Shown piece after piece: positions 61,834 to 64,000 of a DNA stretch of 64,000 nt. The position numbers and the translations under genes are program-made. Positions within the stretch are counted from its first letter, which is position 1, and each line of letters starts with the position of its first letter. The notes below the pieces were generated by a model. The model was not told the origin of the DNA. It made no database searches and saw only the letters and a list, made by a program, of their open reading frames with translations. The DNA is from Laetmonice hystrix (lineage: Eukaryota). The stretch is taken from positions 41,356,001 to 41,420,000 of the forward strand of contig OZ249436.1 of the NCBI GenBank assembly GCA_965235115.1, written 5' to 3'.

Positions 61834-64000
61834 CAAATTACTGTTATCGTTCAAATTTACTGTATAATGCGGCGCTGAAAATCGTGCTCTCAGTGCGAGC
61901 GTTGTCACAATATAAAAAATTTAAAAAGAAATACGACCTGCACAGAGCAGTCCTCCTTTTTGGCAATGTCAAAATCTCGCAATGGTGAAGAAATGGCAAA
62001 TGATCCCGAGTCCACGAAAACATAATATGGATCGTCCCCAAAATCTAATCGACTGATGATCCCTGGCACGAGACCAATCATACCTGGAACGTTTCATGAA
62101 CATCCGTCTGAGATATCTTGCGATCAGACAAACAGACAGACCGGGCTGAAAACATGGTTGTCTCATTGATGCCAAATAACATACATTGTGTACTGAGTGG
62201 AAACCCTGATGAATGGTCTGTATTTAACTTAGAATAGGGGCACACAGATGCTGACAGTGAAACTCAAACTAATTAACAAACTTGTAAGATCATTGAAGGA
62301 AGTGTGTAAAGCAAGTCCCGGTAGCTTTTTAAAATTGATTATTCCTGACGCGGACTTTATGAGTAGTACATACTCGGGAAGCATGATCACTTCCATAAAA
62401 AAAATTATGATGATCACATACCGAGCAATCCATTATTAACGATAATTAACACCTTCAAGTTTTAAATATTTCAAGTAGACTTGCTATATATAATCAGATC
62501 CCATCATTACCAGCTCGCTATTTTGTCTTTTTCCATGGAATACACATACGACAAAAGGCACAGCATTAAAACTAATTAAACAGAATTAACTCAGTTCACT
62601 ACACACTTTTATGGTGTACTGGTAGTCATCTTCTATTCCATGAGTTCTCCGCTCAACCTCCCAACATTTCAATGATAATCATTATTAAAATATAGACGTT
62701 AGTTTTGCATTGGCTAAAATGTAAAAGATGTTAAAATATCCAGCATGACTAATGTGTGATGTACGACGGCCACTTTTTACAGTCTGGCCTAACCATGACC
62801 AAGCTTAAGCAACGGGAATTAGGAATAACAATATTTTCCCAACTGGTTGGCCCTAATGTAAGGTTTCATATATTCAGGCAAGGTCGGTGTAAATGAGGTA
62901 ATTTTCTTAAACTGGTTCGTTGGTTTAAACAAGGGACATATGCGATTCAGCGTTTCTTTGATTGTCAGCATTTATCCTCGTAGTTACGCCCAATAGCTTT
63001 GAATTGTTACCCAGATAGAAAATTTATACATGGAAATTGACAAAGGCAGTGGCAATAACTGTACCTGGAAGTCAAAAAGCCTTGCTTCCAACAAACCACC
63101 AACATTTCCATCATCAAAATAAACAGCTTTTTTTTATGTCTGAGTGCCATGACACAATATAGTTTATACCCCCCTCCCCCCCCCCCCCCATCCCACCCCT
63201 TCTACCCAGACCAGACTCCAATATTAGAGTGGAGACCACCTTCTCAGATCTTCTCCTTTTAGAGGCTCCATATTGCTGGAAGCGTTTCCTTTCCTTTCGG
63301 AGGCTGCATGGTGCCAAGCACTGTGTCCTGAGTGAAGGGCCATTATGATGAGAAATGGGCCGGTATGAGCAATCGATCACATGGACCAGTATCAAACACG
63401 TTACGGGCCCCTGACTGGAGTGTGAAACTGAGCCATCATACTCAGCTCATCCCTGCTGCCCTGGAGCATCGCTTGGTAGCAGCGAGGACACTGATCAGGA
63501 AAACCGATGGTCACTCGGGACACGATGACCAATGGCCTGGTCAAGCCCAAACATCATAAACCTGCCAGGTGTGCGACCGATTCCTTACAGACGCCGGCAA
63601 GCCCTGACCGCTCCACTCGTAAGGTCAAACTCATATTTGGCTACATAAAATTGCCAAATACTAGGACAGGTGATAAAACTAATGAAGTAATGATTTTTTA
63701 CAACTCTTTGACGATCTGTGGTCTCGTCATTATGTGAGGAGTTAATGGAAGGCCGACTGGGGACAACCAATTTGGTAATCAATTATAGTGTTGTCTAATT
63801 TTACGAGATCACATTATGGACAACGCTGTCTTGGAATGTTTTTATGGTGGACATACCAACATCAGAGCACCGCCTGGATCTTGGTTCCTTGTGCTGTGAT
63901 GTAAGAGATTGTCACCTGAGTCCTGGGTTAAAATCTGCATCAATCTGTGTGTAAATGTCTGGGAGACAGACTCATAGTCAGGTGACAAGGCGTCCATCAC

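Overview
Eukaryotic, apparently invertebrate-metazoan, intronic or intergenic DNA. I cannot support any intact protein-coding gene, rRNA, tRNA or CRISPR array. The long ORFs in the track come from tandem repeats and the short ones show no family signature I recognise. About a fifth of the window is minisatellite: roughly 10 arrays with 22-88 bp units, including about 57 apparently identical 46-mers and a G-quadruplex-forming 62-mer array. Much of the rest is non-autonomous DNA transposons with readable TIRs and TSDs. Best-supported observations: (i) two copies of a CAGGG-ended element, each with an unusual 6-bp TSD, one inserted into a minisatellite; (ii) a three-level nest at 42.8-46.7 kb (Kolobok-like > PIF/Harbinger-like > Crypton-like hairpin element plus a 22-bp satellite); (iii) an 80-bp MITE with a 7-bp TSD. 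Superfamily names are inferred from terminus and TSD rules only; no database search was possible. I found no convincing novel coding system.
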